This document shows, piece by piece, positions 20,055-30,076 of a stretch of DNA of 64,000 nt. Below the pieces are notes generated by a model. The model did no database searches. It was not told the origin of the DNA and saw nothing but the letters and a program-made list of their open reading frames with translations. Each line of letters opens with the position of its first letter. Position 1 is the first letter of the stretch. A program made the translations under genes and the position numbers. The DNA is from an uncultured Muribaculaceae bacterium (GTDB taxonomy: Bacteria > Bacillota_I > Bacilli_A > RF39 > UBA660): NCBI GenBank assembly GCA_964473455.1, contig CAYYQX010000001.1, positions 133,380 to 197,379 of the forward strand, written 5' to 3'.

Positions 20055-21647
20055 TTAATTTTCTATTCTATTAAATAAAATATCAATATTTTTCAAATTT
20101 AAATTTTGTTTTACTTGTATATATTCCCAGTTGCTTTCTTTTATATCAAGCATTTCTTTTAGCTTTTTAGATGAATTTGGAATAAATACTTCAAGTAAAT
20201 TAGCAAGATTTGCCATAATGTTTAAGCAAGTATATGTAACATTGTTAAATAGTTCAATGTTTTCTTTAACAAGATTCCAAGGAGCGTTCTCATCATAGTA
20301 CTTATTAGCTTTGGTAACTAAATTCCAAACTGTATCTAAAGACGAACGAAGTTCTCCTTTTTTTATTTGTTCTCCAGCTTCTAAATAAGTTTTTTTGATT
20401 TCTTTTTCAATTTCAAAATCCATTATACCTTCACTAACGACACCATTGAATTTTTTATTGATAAAAGCTAAATTTCGATTTACAAAATTGCCATATTCAC
20501 CAACTAAATGTTTATTGTGATAAAAAATAAAGTCTTCAAAAGAAAAATTAGTATCTTTTTTTTCAGGATTGTTTGCCATTATATAGTATCTGATTGTATC
20601 ACTTTCATACTTTTCAAGCATGTCTTTTATATAAACACCAGTTCCTTCACTTTTACTCATTTTAGCGCTTCCCAAGTTCAAATACTCACTAGATATTATA
20701 TAATCTGGAAGTTTATAATTGTGCTTAATAGCTAACAATAATGCCGAATAAATAATTGTATGAAAAACAATATTATCCTTACCGTGAACATAATAAGTAA
20801 CTAAATCTTCTGACGTGAAAAATTTTTCAAAATCAATATTGTTTTGTTCACAATATTTATGAGCAGCAGTTAAATAGCCCATTACGGCTTCTACCCAAAC
20901 ATAAATTTTTTTATTCTCATAACCAATAACAGGCGTATCAATACCCCAATCTATTTCTCTAGTAACAGCTCTATCTAATAAACCACTATCAAGATATTTT
21001 TGAGTTTCACCAATCGCATTAGGTCTCCATTTATCTTTGTTTTTATTTAATAATTCTTGGATTTCGTTTTGAAAGTCTGATAATTTAAAATAAAGATGTT
21101 TGTTGTTTCTTTTTTCTGTAGGAGTTCCACAAATCTTACATTTTTTATCTAATATTTCATTTGAAGTAAGCGCTCTTAGGCAATTATCACATTGATCTCC
21201 CTTAGCTTTCCCACCACAATGTGGACAAATTCCTTCTATTTCTCTATCTGACAAAAATTTGTTACACTTAACACAATAATCTTGTTCTTCTTCTTTTTCA
21301 TAAATATAACCATTATTCATTATTTCTAAAAAATATTTTTTAACTTCTTCTTTGTGAAAAGGATCTGTTGTTTTATTATATAAATCATATGAAAAGTTTA
21401 GTTTATTAAAACACTCTACGAATTCAGCGTGATACTTTTCAGCAATACTTTCCGGAGATACCCCTTCTTCTTTTGCTCTTAAAGTTATCGGTGTTCCGTG
21501 GCAGTCCGTTCCCGAATCAAATATAACCTCTATATTGTTTTTTCTGTAAAATCTAGCGATTACATCTCCTGGTAAAAGAGCAGCTAAGTGTCCTATATGA
21601 GCAGATGAGTTTCCATACAACCATGCATTTCCGATAAATACTTTCAT
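20055..21647 (-). CDS. metG: Methionyl-tRNA synthetase (short form)
   Basis: HIGH-type motif (SAHIGH), KMSKS, zinc knuckles. Start at MKVFIG after an AAGGAGG RBS. The upstream in-frame extension is a translation of the tRNA-Ala gene. Confidence 0.9.
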   Translation of the reverse strand: MKVFIGNAWLYGNSSAHIGHLAALLPGDVIARFYRKNNIEVIFDSGTDCHGTPITLRAKEEGVSPESIAEKYHAEFVECFNKLNFSYDLYNKTTDPFHKEEVKKYFLEIMNNGYIYEKEEEQDYCVKCNKFLSDREIEGICPHCGGKAKGDQCDNCLRALTSNEILDKKCKICGTPTEKRNNKHLYFKLSDFQNEIQELLNKNKDKWRPNAIGETQKYLDSGLLDRAVTREIDWGIDTPVIGYENKKIYVWVEAVMGYLTAAHKYCEQNNIDFEKFFTSEDLVTYYVHGKDNIVFHTIIYSALLLAIKHNYKLPDYIISSEYLNLGSAKMSKSEGTGVYIKDMLEKYESDTIRYYIMANNPEKKDTNFSFEDFIFYHNKHLVGEYGNFVNRNLAFINKKFNGVVSEGIMDFEIEKEIKKTYLEAGEQIKKGELRSSLDTVWNLVTKANKYYDENAPWNLVKENIELFNNVTYTCLNIMANLANLLEVFIPNSSKKLKEMLDIKESNWEYIQVKQNLNLKNIDILFNRIEN

Positions 21648-21699
21648 AAAATTCCTCCTTGTTATAAAAAAAGGACCTAAAAAGTCCCAATAATCACAT

Positions 21700-21776
21700 T
21701 GGTGGAGAATAAGGGATTCGAACCCTTGACCCCCTGCGTGCAGGGCAGGTGCTCTAGCCAGCTGAGCTAATTCCCC
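21700..21776 (-). tRNA. tRNA-Ala (anticodon TGC), CCA encoded
   Basis: Cloverleaf read by eye, with the G3:U70 Ala identity pair and a TTCGAAT T-loop. The anticodon loop is CCTGCAC, with C at positions 32 and 33. Confidence 0.75.
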
Positions 21777-21790
21777 AAAGCGATAAGATA

Positions 21791-21819
21791 ATTCTAGCAT
21801 ATGACCTTTTTTATGTCAA
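21791..21819 (-). promoter_or_regulatory. Putative promoter for tRNA-Ala (TTGACA-17nt-TAGAAT)
   Basis: Consensus -35 with 17 nt spacing, about 13 nt upstream of the tRNA 5' end. Confidence 0.45.
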
Positions 21820-21901
21820 TGAATTATTCCTTGCTTTATATAACTTTTTTATATGTTACAATTTTATTTTATCATATTTTTATAACTTTTTAATTATTTT
21901 T

Positions 21902-22774
21902 TTATAAAATAAATTGTCTATCTTTGGGTGAAAGAGAAGCTTTGCCTAACAATAAATCGTTTAATTCAGTAAAACTCTCATTTGGTTGACTATTGTTTAT
22001 AAGATAGCATAAGTCTTTAAATTGTGGTGAAAGACTACAAAGAGCTCCTATCAAATTTGGTGTTTCCTCTTCGACAAATTGGCATAAGTCAAAAAACATT
22101 GCTTTTGCCCAATCTGTTGCTAAGAGTCCTTCAATATATTCTTTTAAGTTACTTACTGTAGTTAAGGATTCAGTTAAACTGTCTTTTTTTGTCGCGTGTG
22201 TTTTTACCAGTAATCCCTGTTTTTCTATAACATCAATATCTACATAATCATAGCTACCTTCGTTAGAAAATTCGCTGTATGCATGTGCGTATGGATAAAA
22301 TTTATCTCTCGCAAAAGATTTCTGATTTATTATTAATTTTTTTAGATGCATTTGATTTTTAAAGCTCACTTCTGTTTTTTCTTCAGTTTCACTTTTTATT
22401 TGAAAGAAGCTACACGTTTGCATCAAACATGAATTTAATTCTTTTTTACCATACTTTAAGCATACACTTATAATTTCTCCGGTTTTTTTATCAAAAATTA
22501 AGCAAATATCCGCTAGAACGGTCCCTGTATTTATAGAATATCTTATCTCTACATTTTGATTACTATAAGATATTTTAATATTTTTTTTAGTTGGTCCTTT
22601 TTCTAAAATAAACTCTAAAACCTCTCCGTTATAAGTTTGAGAGATAAAAATTTCATTTGACTTGCTTTGCATAATTATTGTGTCTAAAGAACTATTGCAA
22701 ATTAGGTTCCATCCAAAACAATTTAAAATTTTATTGTTTATTTTTAATGTTTTATTTAGTTCATCTATTGTCAT
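21902..22774 (-). CDS. Hypothetical protein
   Basis: ORF only; lies between two tRNA genes. Confidence 0.3.
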   Translation of the reverse strand: MTIDELNKTLKINNKILNCFGWNLICNSSLDTIIMQSKSNEIFISQTYNGEVLEFILEKGPTKKNIKISYSNQNVEIRYSINTGTVLADICLIFDKKTGEIISVCLKYGKKELNSCLMQTCSFFQIKSETEEKTEVSFKNQMHLKKLIINQKSFARDKFYPYAHAYSEFSNEGSYDYVDIDVIEKQGLLVKTHATKKDSLTESLTTVSNLKEYIEGLLATDWAKAMFFDLCQFVEEETPNLIGALCSLSPQFKDLCYLINNSQPNESFTELNDLLLGKASLSPKDRQFIL

Positions 22775-22923
22775 TTATTTATTACCTTTCTTGGCTGCTT
22801 TATTACTTTATCACGTTTTATGAAAAAGTCAATTTTTTATTAATTTACGATGAAGTTAATATTTTAATAAAATTTGGCAAACAAAAACTCGACACCTTAT
22901 CAGTTCGAGTTCATAAAACTATT

Positions 22924-23007
22924 TGGTGCTCGTGAAGAGAATCGAACTCTTACATCATAGATACACGATTTTGAGTCGTGCGCGTCTACCAGTTCCGCCA
23001 CACAAGC
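22924..23007 (-). tRNA. tRNA-Leu (anticodon CAA), type II with long variable arm, CCA encoded
   Basis: Acceptor GCTTGTG/CACGAGC, anticodon loop CTCAAAA, long variable arm, T-loop TTCGATT. Confidence 0.75.
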
Positions 23008-23039
23008 ACAGAAAAATTGTATCATAAAACCAAATCCTT

Positions 23040-23717
23040 TTAAAGTGTTTTAACAAAATAATCAAATATTTTATTGGCATCTTCGTCATAATCTAACATC
23101 TTTTCTGGGTGCCATTGAACTCCTAGCACAAAATTCTCACCAGGTAATTCTAAAGCTTCAATTAAACCGTCCTCAGAATATGCTGAAACAATAAGATTCT
23201 TAGCGCTTGGAATATTAAGTTTGTGTATACTATTTACTTTAATTTTTTCTTTACCAGTAATTTTACTTAATAAAGTGTCTTTTACTATTGAAACCTCATG
23301 AACGTATTTTATACCTTCTTGTCTATGATTTATTAAAGTTTCATTAGCAATCGTTTTTACTCCATCATAAATTCTTGCAAGAATCTGCATTCCCATACAA
23401 ATACCTAAAACTGGTTTTCCCTTTTCAATAGCATACCTCACTACATATTCATCGTACTCAAACCATTTATACCCACCAGGTATAATAATCCCATCACACA
23501 TATTGACCATTTTTCTATACATTTTTTTCTCTTTTTCTGTTAATGCCGGCATTTCAGACTTTTTAGCGCCTTTATACTCCAATAAATCTAATGGGACAAT
23601 CAATAAAGGAAGACAATTTTTCTTAATAATTGCTTTTCTTGTAGCGTCATATATCCCTACTATACCAAATCCTTCATCATCTATTGTTGGTCTTCCAAGT
23701 ACTCCAATTATTTTCAT
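23040..23717 (-). CDS. Class I glutamine amidotransferase-like peptidase C26 (gamma-glutamyl-GABA hydrolase family)
   Basis: GICMGMQ catalytic Cys motif and WHPE. Confidence 0.65.
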   Translation of the reverse strand: MKIIGVLGRPTIDDEGFGIVGIYDATRKAIIKKNCLPLLIVPLDLLEYKGAKKSEMPALTEKEKKMYRKMVNMCDGIIIPGGYKWFEYDEYVVRYAIEKGKPVLGICMGMQILARIYDGVKTIANETLINHRQEGIKYVHEVSIVKDTLLSKITGKEKIKVNSIHKLNIPSAKNLIVSAYSEDGLIEALELPGENFVLGVQWHPEKMLDYDEDANKIFDYFVKTL

Positions 23718-23758
23718 AAAAGATCTCCTTTAAAAAAATTATATCTGATGATATAATT

Positions 23759-24991
23759 TTAAACTTTTTCTGACATTTTGTCTATTGATATATCTCTTGT
23801 GTGTTTGATTTGTTCCCATTTGGCGTTCTTTTTAAATAAACAAACAACATTAATTGGGATCCAAGAAATTAAAAATAATGGATAAGTTAAAAGACCGGCC
23901 AAAACGTTTTTTACACCTTTTTTGTTATATCTTACAACAAATACAGCAATAAATATTGTAAATAAATATGATGCGGCAAAAAAGAAATATCTCCATGCGA
24001 ACATAAAAGCAAATAAATCAGATAATTTTATGCCAATCATATTATATACAAGCAATATTGCTAACGCAATAACACTTACTACTTGAACAATAGGAGCTAA
24101 AAAGAATAAACTCATATCAAGGCAAGCTAAGCTTTTCTTCTTTAATGAGGCAACGAATAGCCTCCAAGAATACTTTATACAGCATTGATAATTTCCAATA
24201 GTCCATCTACTTCTTTGTTTCCAAGAAACTTTAAAACTAAATGGTTGTTCATCATATGTAATAGCATCTTCAATAAATACTATTTTCTTGTCATTTAACG
24301 CACACTGTGCTGTAAATTCAACATCTTCAGTTAATGTTGTCGTATTAAATCCATATTTTTCTAATACGCCTTTTTTAACCATAAAGCCTGTTCCGTTAAT
24401 AGAAGCTGATGAATTCATACTCATTCTTGCCTTACTAAAAAATAAATTTTGAACCCAATAGAATAAAGAATAGCCACCACTTATCCAACTATCTGAAGGA
24501 TTCTTACTGTCCCTATATCCTTGCGCTACTTCATATCCTTCACACAAAGCATCATTCATTCTAGATAAAAAATTTGCATGAACAATATTATCTGCATCAA
24601 AAATAATAAATGCATCAAAATCTCTATTCTTTATTAAATAATTAAAAGAATATTTTAAAACGTCTCCCTTGCAAGTAACTTTTACTTTACAATCAATTAT
24701 ACTTGCTCCAGCTTTTTCTGCTGCTCCTTTAGTATCGTCTGTACAATTATTTGGTACAACAAAAATTTCAAATAGGTTTTTTGGGTAATTTTGCTTTAAT
24801 AAGCTTTCAACCAATTTACCTATAACTTTTTCTTCGTTTCTGGACGCTATTAAAACCGCAATTTTATGTTTCGGCGCATGCTTCCCTATTTTTATTTTTG
24901 CCTTTTTAAATACAAAAAGTCCTGTTATTAAAAAATAAAAACCATATAAAATTGTTGGTATAAATATTAAATAATAAATTGCTTGAAACAT
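23759..24991 (-). CDS. Family 2 glycosyltransferase, processive synthase type (IcaA/NodC/BcsA-like), integral membrane
   Basis: DxD region (IIFDADN) and QRSRW (QxxRW) motif, with N- and C-terminal TM helices. Confidence 0.65.
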   Translation of the reverse strand: MFQAIYYLIFIPTILYGFYFLITGLFVFKKAKIKIGKHAPKHKIAVLIASRNEEKVIGKLVESLLKQNYPKNLFEIFVVPNNCTDDTKGAAEKAGASIIDCKVKVTCKGDVLKYSFNYLIKNRDFDAFIIFDADNIVHANFLSRMNDALCEGYEVAQGYRDSKNPSDSWISGGYSLFYWVQNLFFSKARMSMNSSASINGTGFMVKKGVLEKYGFNTTTLTEDVEFTAQCALNDKKIVFIEDAITYDEQPFSFKVSWKQRSRWTIGNYQCCIKYSWRLFVASLKKKSLACLDMSLFFLAPIVQVVSVIALAILLVYNMIGIKLSDLFAFMFAWRYFFFAASYLFTIFIAVFVVRYNKKGVKNVLAGLLTYPLFLISWIPINVVCLFKKNAKWEQIKHTRDISIDKMSEKV

Positions 24992-25054
24992 ATTGTCCCT
25001 CTTTTTCTTTCCTAATTATACTTATATATGTGCCTTTTGTCAAATCACAAAATA

Positions 25055-25768
25055 CTAGAGTTTTTTGTTTGAAATAAACACATATCTGTCTAAATTTGCT
25101 AAATCCTTCTCTATTTTTATATAAATGCTTCCAAAATGTTCTTCAATTATCTTTTTTACTTCTAAACTTTTAGTTTCACTTATTTCAAAAGCAATTAAAA
25201 ATGTTTCATTTAGTTTATCTTTAATATTTTTTAATATTTCTTCATAAAAATAAAGTCCATTGTTTTTAGCAAACAAAGCTATATAAGGCTCGTTATTTTT
25301 AACAATGTCCATTATATTTTCACTTTCGTCAATATATGGGGGATTGGAAATAATAACATCATATTTTTTAAAAACATTAGATAGAATATCACTTTCGAAA
25401 AAATTAACATTTGTTTTATTTCTTTCGTTGTTTTCTTTAGCTACAGCTAGTGCGTCTCTACTAATATCTACCGCATCTACTTCGCTTTCTACTTTTTTAT
25501 TTAAAGTGATTGCGATACAACCACTACCTGTTCCAATGTCCAAAATTGAAATTTTCCGATTGAATATCTTCTTAATATAATCAATTGTTTTACTTACTAG
25601 TTCTTCTGTTTCAAATCTAGGTATTAAAACAGTTTCATCGACTTTAAAATTCAAATCAAAAAAGTCAACATTGCCTATAATATATTGGACAGGAACTCCT
25701 TTTTTTAACAATTCGAAAGCTTTTTTTAAGTCACCTTTATAATATTTTCTTAGATACTCTTCTTCCAT
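25055..25768 (-). CDS. prmC: Release factor glutamine N5-methyltransferase
   Basis: DIGTGSG SAM motif and NPPY; immediately downstream of prfA. Confidence 0.75.
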   Translation of the reverse strand: MEEEYLRKYYKGDLKKAFELLKKGVPVQYIIGNVDFFDLNFKVDETVLIPRFETEELVSKTIDYIKKIFNRKISILDIGTGSGCIAITLNKKVESEVDAVDISRDALAVAKENNERNKTNVNFFESDILSNVFKKYDVIISNPPYIDESENIMDIVKNNEPYIALFAKNNGLYFYEEILKNIKDKLNETFLIAFEISETKSLEVKKIIEEHFGSIYIKIEKDLANLDRYVFISNKKL

Positions 25769-26835
25769 TATTCCCCTTTTATTAACCTTTTTTGGTCTTC
25801 AGCAACAAGCGCTTCAATAATTTCATCTAAAGCACCTTCCATTATTCTGTCTAACTGTTTTATTGTTAAGCCTATTCTGTGATCAGTAACTCTGTTTTGG
25901 GGATAATTATAGGTTCTTATTTTTTCTGACCTGTCTCCTGAACCAATTTTATTTTTTCTATCTGCTCCTTCTTGTTCTTCTTTTTCTCTTAGTTCTTTTT
26001 CATATAAACGTGTTTTAAGCATTTGCATACAAGATTCTTTATTTTGAATTTGACTTCTTTCATTCTGGCAAGTTACAACAATATTACTTGGTAAATGGGT
26101 TATTCGAACGGCAGAATCCGTTGTATTAACACCTTGTCCTCCTTTACCACCACTCCTAAATATATCAACTCTAATATCTTCATTTCTTATTTCAACTTCT
26201 AAATCCTCTGCTTCTGGCATAACAAGAACTGTTGCAATAGAGGTGTGTATTCTTCCTTGTGTTTCTGTTTCAGGAACTCTTTGTACTCTATGAGCTCCAC
26301 TTTCATATTTAAGTTTAGAATAAACATTTTTCCCTTTTACTTTAAACTCTATTTGAGAAGAACCGCCACCTTCTTTTTTTTCTTCATTTAAAAGTTCGTA
26401 TTTCCAACCTTGTCTTTCTATATATTTAGCATACATTCTAAAAAGATCACTTGCAAAAAGATTTGCTTCATCCCCTCCGGCTGCACCTCTAATTTCAATA
26501 ATTACATCTTTTCCATCATTAGGATCTTTTGGTAATAAAAGAGTTTCTAATTCTTGCTCTAATAAGACTTTTTTATTAGTTAAACCTTCTAGTTCTTCTT
26601 TTGCCATTTCATACATTTCAGCGTCTTTCATCATTTCTTGCACGTCTAAAATAGAATCCAATATCTTTTTGTATTCCATATAACAGTTATAAGCTTCTTC
26701 TAAGCTTGCTTTTTCTTTTGTAAGCTTTAACGTGTCGCCAATTTTACCAATCATACTCTCACTCATTAATAAATTAGTAAGCTCAAGATATCTTGTTTCT
26801 ATAGAATCTAATCTTTCAATCATGTTTTCACTCAT
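25768..26835 (-). CDS. prfA: Peptide chain release factor 1
   Basis: GGQ motif (RSGGKGGQGVNTT); PxT-type region. Confidence 0.9.
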   Translation of the reverse strand: MSENMIERLDSIETRYLELTNLLMSESMIGKIGDTLKLTKEKASLEEAYNCYMEYKKILDSILDVQEMMKDAEMYEMAKEELEGLTNKKVLLEQELETLLLPKDPNDGKDVIIEIRGAAGGDEANLFASDLFRMYAKYIERQGWKYELLNEEKKEGGGSSQIEFKVKGKNVYSKLKYESGAHRVQRVPETETQGRIHTSIATVLVMPEAEDLEVEIRNEDIRVDIFRSGGKGGQGVNTTDSAVRITHLPSNIVVTCQNERSQIQNKESCMQMLKTRLYEKELREKEEQEGADRKNKIGSGDRSEKIRTYNYPQNRVTDHRIGLTIKQLDRIMEGALDEIIEALVAEDQKRLIKGE

Positions 26836-26880
26836 TTCTATTCAAATTATACTATATTATATATGAAAAAACTACTATGT

Positions 26881-28197
26881 CTAGTAATTTTCTTCGCCTT
26901 TGTTTTTAAATTGAATCTTTATTGGTGTACCGGAAAAGTCAAAAGATTCTCGGATTTTATTTTCAATATATCTTTCGTACGAAAAATGAACCAATCCCTT
27001 ATCATTTACTTGAATATTAAACGTTGGTGGACATACTCCCGATTGACTAATAAAGTACATTTTTAGTCGTCTTCCTTTATATGATGGGGGTAAATTAAGT
27101 TCATAACTCTCTCTTAAGCAGTTATTTAATAAACTTGTTTTAATCTGCTTTCTACTATTTTCATAAGATTTAATAATACTTGGAATTAAGGTGTGGATTC
27201 TCTTTTTAGTAAGAGCAGATAAAAATACAATATCCGCATAAGGCATAAATTTGAAATCACTTCTAATATTTTCTATAAATGCTTTCATAGTTTCATCTTT
27301 GTCTTCTATTAAATCCCACTTATTAACAACGATTATGACTGGTTTTCCTGCTTCAAGAGCATATCCCGCAATATGTGTGTCGTGTTCAATAATACCTTCA
27401 GAAGCATTGATTAAAAGGGCGCACACGTCAGATCTATCAATAGCTTTTAAGCTTCTTAATAAGCTGTATCTTTCAACAGATTCGTAAATTTTTCCTTTTT
27501 TTCTCATTCCAGCAGTATCAATAACAACAAATTCTTGATTATTATAGGTAAACTCTGTATCAATCGCATCTCTTGTTGTCCCTGGAACTTCACTTACAAT
27601 TACTCTTTCTTCATTTAAAAGAGCATTTACTAGACTACTTTTCCCTACATTTGGTCGTCCTATTACCGAAAATCTTATTTTATCATCGATTTTTTCTTCT
27701 ATATCTTTAAAGCCCTTTGTTATTTCATCAAGCAAGTCTTCAAAACCTGTATTTTGTTCTCCACTTACAGCAAAAATCTTTTTAAACCCTAATTCATAAA
27801 AATCATATTGATTTTGAACATAACTTTTACTATCTGTTTTGTTAATAACTAGAATAACTTTTTTATTGGCTTTTTTAAGCATATCTTTGATGACATAATC
27901 GTTTGAATTAAGCCCTTCTTTTCCATCAACAATAAAAAGAATGACATCTGCTTCATCGATTGCCAATTCCGCTTGGATTTTTATTTCAGTACTGAAAACT
28001 TCATTACCACTATCAATTCCCCCTGTATCAACAAGGTGAAAGCCAAAATTCTTATATCTTGCGAAACTATATATTCTATCTCTTGTAATACCGGGAGTAT
28101 CTTCAATTATTGATATTTTTTTACCAACAATTCTGTTAAAAATAGTTGATTTACCAACATTTGGTCTACCAACTAAAGCAACTACATTCTTTTTCAT
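26881..28197 (-). CDS. der: Ribosome biogenesis GTPase Der (EngA)
   Basis: Two tandem GTPase domains (GRPNVGKST and GRPNVGKSS) plus a KH-like C-terminus. Confidence 0.9.
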   Translation of the reverse strand: MKKNVVALVGRPNVGKSTIFNRIVGKKISIIEDTPGITRDRIYSFARYKNFGFHLVDTGGIDSGNEVFSTEIKIQAELAIDEADVILFIVDGKEGLNSNDYVIKDMLKKANKKVILVINKTDSKSYVQNQYDFYELGFKKIFAVSGEQNTGFEDLLDEITKGFKDIEEKIDDKIRFSVIGRPNVGKSSLVNALLNEERVIVSEVPGTTRDAIDTEFTYNNQEFVVIDTAGMRKKGKIYESVERYSLLRSLKAIDRSDVCALLINASEGIIEHDTHIAGYALEAGKPVIIVVNKWDLIEDKDETMKAFIENIRSDFKFMPYADIVFLSALTKKRIHTLIPSIIKSYENSRKQIKTSLLNNCLRESYELNLPPSYKGRRLKMYFISQSGVCPPTFNIQVNDKGLVHFSYERYIENKIRESFDFSGTPIKIQFKNKGEENY

Positions 28198-28205
28198 ATT
28201 TACTC

Positions 28206-28787
28206 CTATATTATTCTATCTATTTTTTCATATATTTCTTTTTTACCTATCTTTGTTATACTAGAAAAAACTACAAAATCATCGCCCACAACCAAATCAA
28301 GGCCATTAAGCATTATACTTCTTTGTTTTTGATGATTTGCATTAGCAATCTTATCTGCTTTTGTGGCAACGATAGTTACTGGTAGTTCATAGTGTTTTAA
28401 AAATTCATACATCAAAACATCATCTTGTGTTGGTTTGTGTCTAAAATCAACAAGCATAAAAACTTGTTGTAAATTTTTTCTATTAACTAAATAGTCTTCC
28501 ATCATTAAGCCAAACTTTTTTTGCTTTTTTTTACTTATATTCGCATATCCATATCCAGGCGCATCTACTAGATAAAATTCATCATTTACTAAATAAAAGT
28601 TTATTGTTTGAGTTTTTCCTGGAGTAGCCGATGTTCTGGCATAATTTTTTCTATTAATTAAAGTGTTTATAAAGCTGCTTTTACCTACATTACTTCTTCC
28701 AACAAGCAAAAATTCTGGCTTGTTATCTTCAGGATATTGACTTCTTCTAACAGCACTAATAATTAATTCTGTTTTATTTATCTTCAT
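28206..28787 (-). CDS. engB: Ribosome biogenesis GTP-binding protein YsxC/EngB
   Basis: GRSNVGKSSFIN P-loop; ~190 aa. Confidence 0.85.
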   Translation of the reverse strand: MKINKTELIISAVRRSQYPEDNKPEFLLVGRSNVGKSSFINTLINRKNYARTSATPGKTQTINFYLVNDEFYLVDAPGYGYANISKKKQKKFGLMMEDYLVNRKNLQQVFMLVDFRHKPTQDDVLMYEFLKHYELPVTIVATKADKIANANHQKQRSIMLNGLDLVVGDDFVVFSSITKIGKKEIYEKIDRII

Positions 28788-28868
28788 AAGATCTCCCTCA
28801 TTCGACTAATAAATTATAACAGTTAAGGCCTTTATTGTCAAAAGTTATTACTTGTGATAAAAAAAAGA

Positions 28869-29651
28869 TTATTTTAAATCTTTCATTTTTTTATTAATAA
28901 GTTTAATTGCTCTTTTTGGACTTAGTTTATACATCAAGTTCATCATTTTAGCATCATTTCCAATATAAAGTTGGAATTTGTTTTTTTCAATTGCTTTTAT
29001 TATTTGTTTTGCGGCGTCACTTGCTGAAGTTGTTTTATAATTACTACTTGTTGTTTTTATTTCAACATTAGAGTTCTTCACAATATTTGTTGCAACTGCC
29101 CCAGGGAAAACTACTGTAACACCAACGTTTGTATCTAAAAGTTCAGCATACAATCCTTCAGAAAAAAGTTTTAATGCGGATTTTGAAGCTCCATATATTG
29201 TTTGTTTTGGAAAAGGAAAAAATCCCCCCATACTAGAAACATTAACAATATGAGCTTCTTTTCTTTCAAACATTTTTGGTAAAAACATTTTTATTAATTT
29301 GACAGGTCCGAAAAAGTTTATTTTCATAACTTTACTTCCAGTGTTCATATCTAGCTCATTGAATTTAACAAAAGGCTGAATAATTCCAGCATTATTAATA
29401 ACACCGTCTACGCCTTCATATTTATTAAAATATTCATTATAAAATTTTTCAATTTCTTCACTACTTGCCATATCAACAACAAAACTATCAAAGTTCTTTC
29501 CAGCAACTAGTGCCTTTGTTTCATTTAATCCTTTTTCACTAATATCTAATCCAATTACAAAAGCTCCCTTTTTTATTAAGTCAATTACTAGTTCTCTTCC
29601 TATTCCACTTCCAGCTCCTGTAACTATGATTTTTTTGTTTTTTACTTTCAC
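28869..29651 (-). CDS. Short-chain dehydrogenase/reductase (SDR) family oxidoreductase
   Basis: TGAGSGIG Rossmann motif; YxxxK region. Confidence 0.7.
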   Translation of the reverse strand: MKVKNKKIIVTGAGSGIGRELVIDLIKKGAFVIGLDISEKGLNETKALVAGKNFDSFVVDMASSEEIEKFYNEYFNKYEGVDGVINNAGIIQPFVKFNELDMNTGSKVMKINFFGPVKLIKMFLPKMFERKEAHIVNVSSMGGFFPFPKQTIYGASKSALKLFSEGLYAELLDTNVGVTVVFPGAVATNIVKNSNVEIKTTSSNYKTTSASDAAKQIIKAIEKNKFQLYIGNDAKMMNLMYKLSPKRAIKLINKKMKDLK

Positions 29652-29691
29652 TTTTCCTCCTTATATATTTTTTACAAATTAGGGGTATTTT

Positions 29692-30075
29692 TTATAGTAC
29701 TAAAAACAGCCCAAGCAATACAATAATAGAAACAATAATTGCGATGATTGATCCTTTAATAAATTTTACATTTCGTGTTAACTCTTTAACATTACCTAAC
29801 CAATGTGGGAATTCATCTAATATCAACCCTATTCCAAAACCATACAATATTACAATTAAAAGTGTGGTTTTTATATTTAATACTATTACTAAAAAGCTTG
29901 TTAATATTACTAAAATATTTCCATAAACAAAGTGATGCGGTCTTTTATTATTTGATAAAACATTCTTTGGCAATACATGAAAATGTAAAACTAACAGTGT
30001 AATAATTCTGGATATCACAAACGTTAAAACAATTGCTGCTGCTAGAACCGCTATATTTCGTTGAACATCATTCAT
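29692..30075 (-). CDS. Small integral membrane protein
   Basis: Four predicted hydrophobic helices; ORF only. Confidence 0.3.
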   Translation of the reverse strand: MNDVQRNIAVLAAAIVLTFVISRIITLLVLHFHVLPKNVLSNNKRPHHFVYGNILVILTSFLVIVLNIKTTLLIVILYGFGIGLILDEFPHWLGNVKELTRNVKFIKGSIIAIIVSIIVLLGLFLVL

Positions 30076-30076
30076 A

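Noticed and set aside
21648-21800. N-terminal 51-codon extension of the metG ORF (MLELSYRFGELAQLARAPALHAGGQGFESL...)
   Set aside because: It is the in-frame translation of the tRNA-Ala gene and its flank. The real start is MKVFIG after an AAGGAGG RBS.
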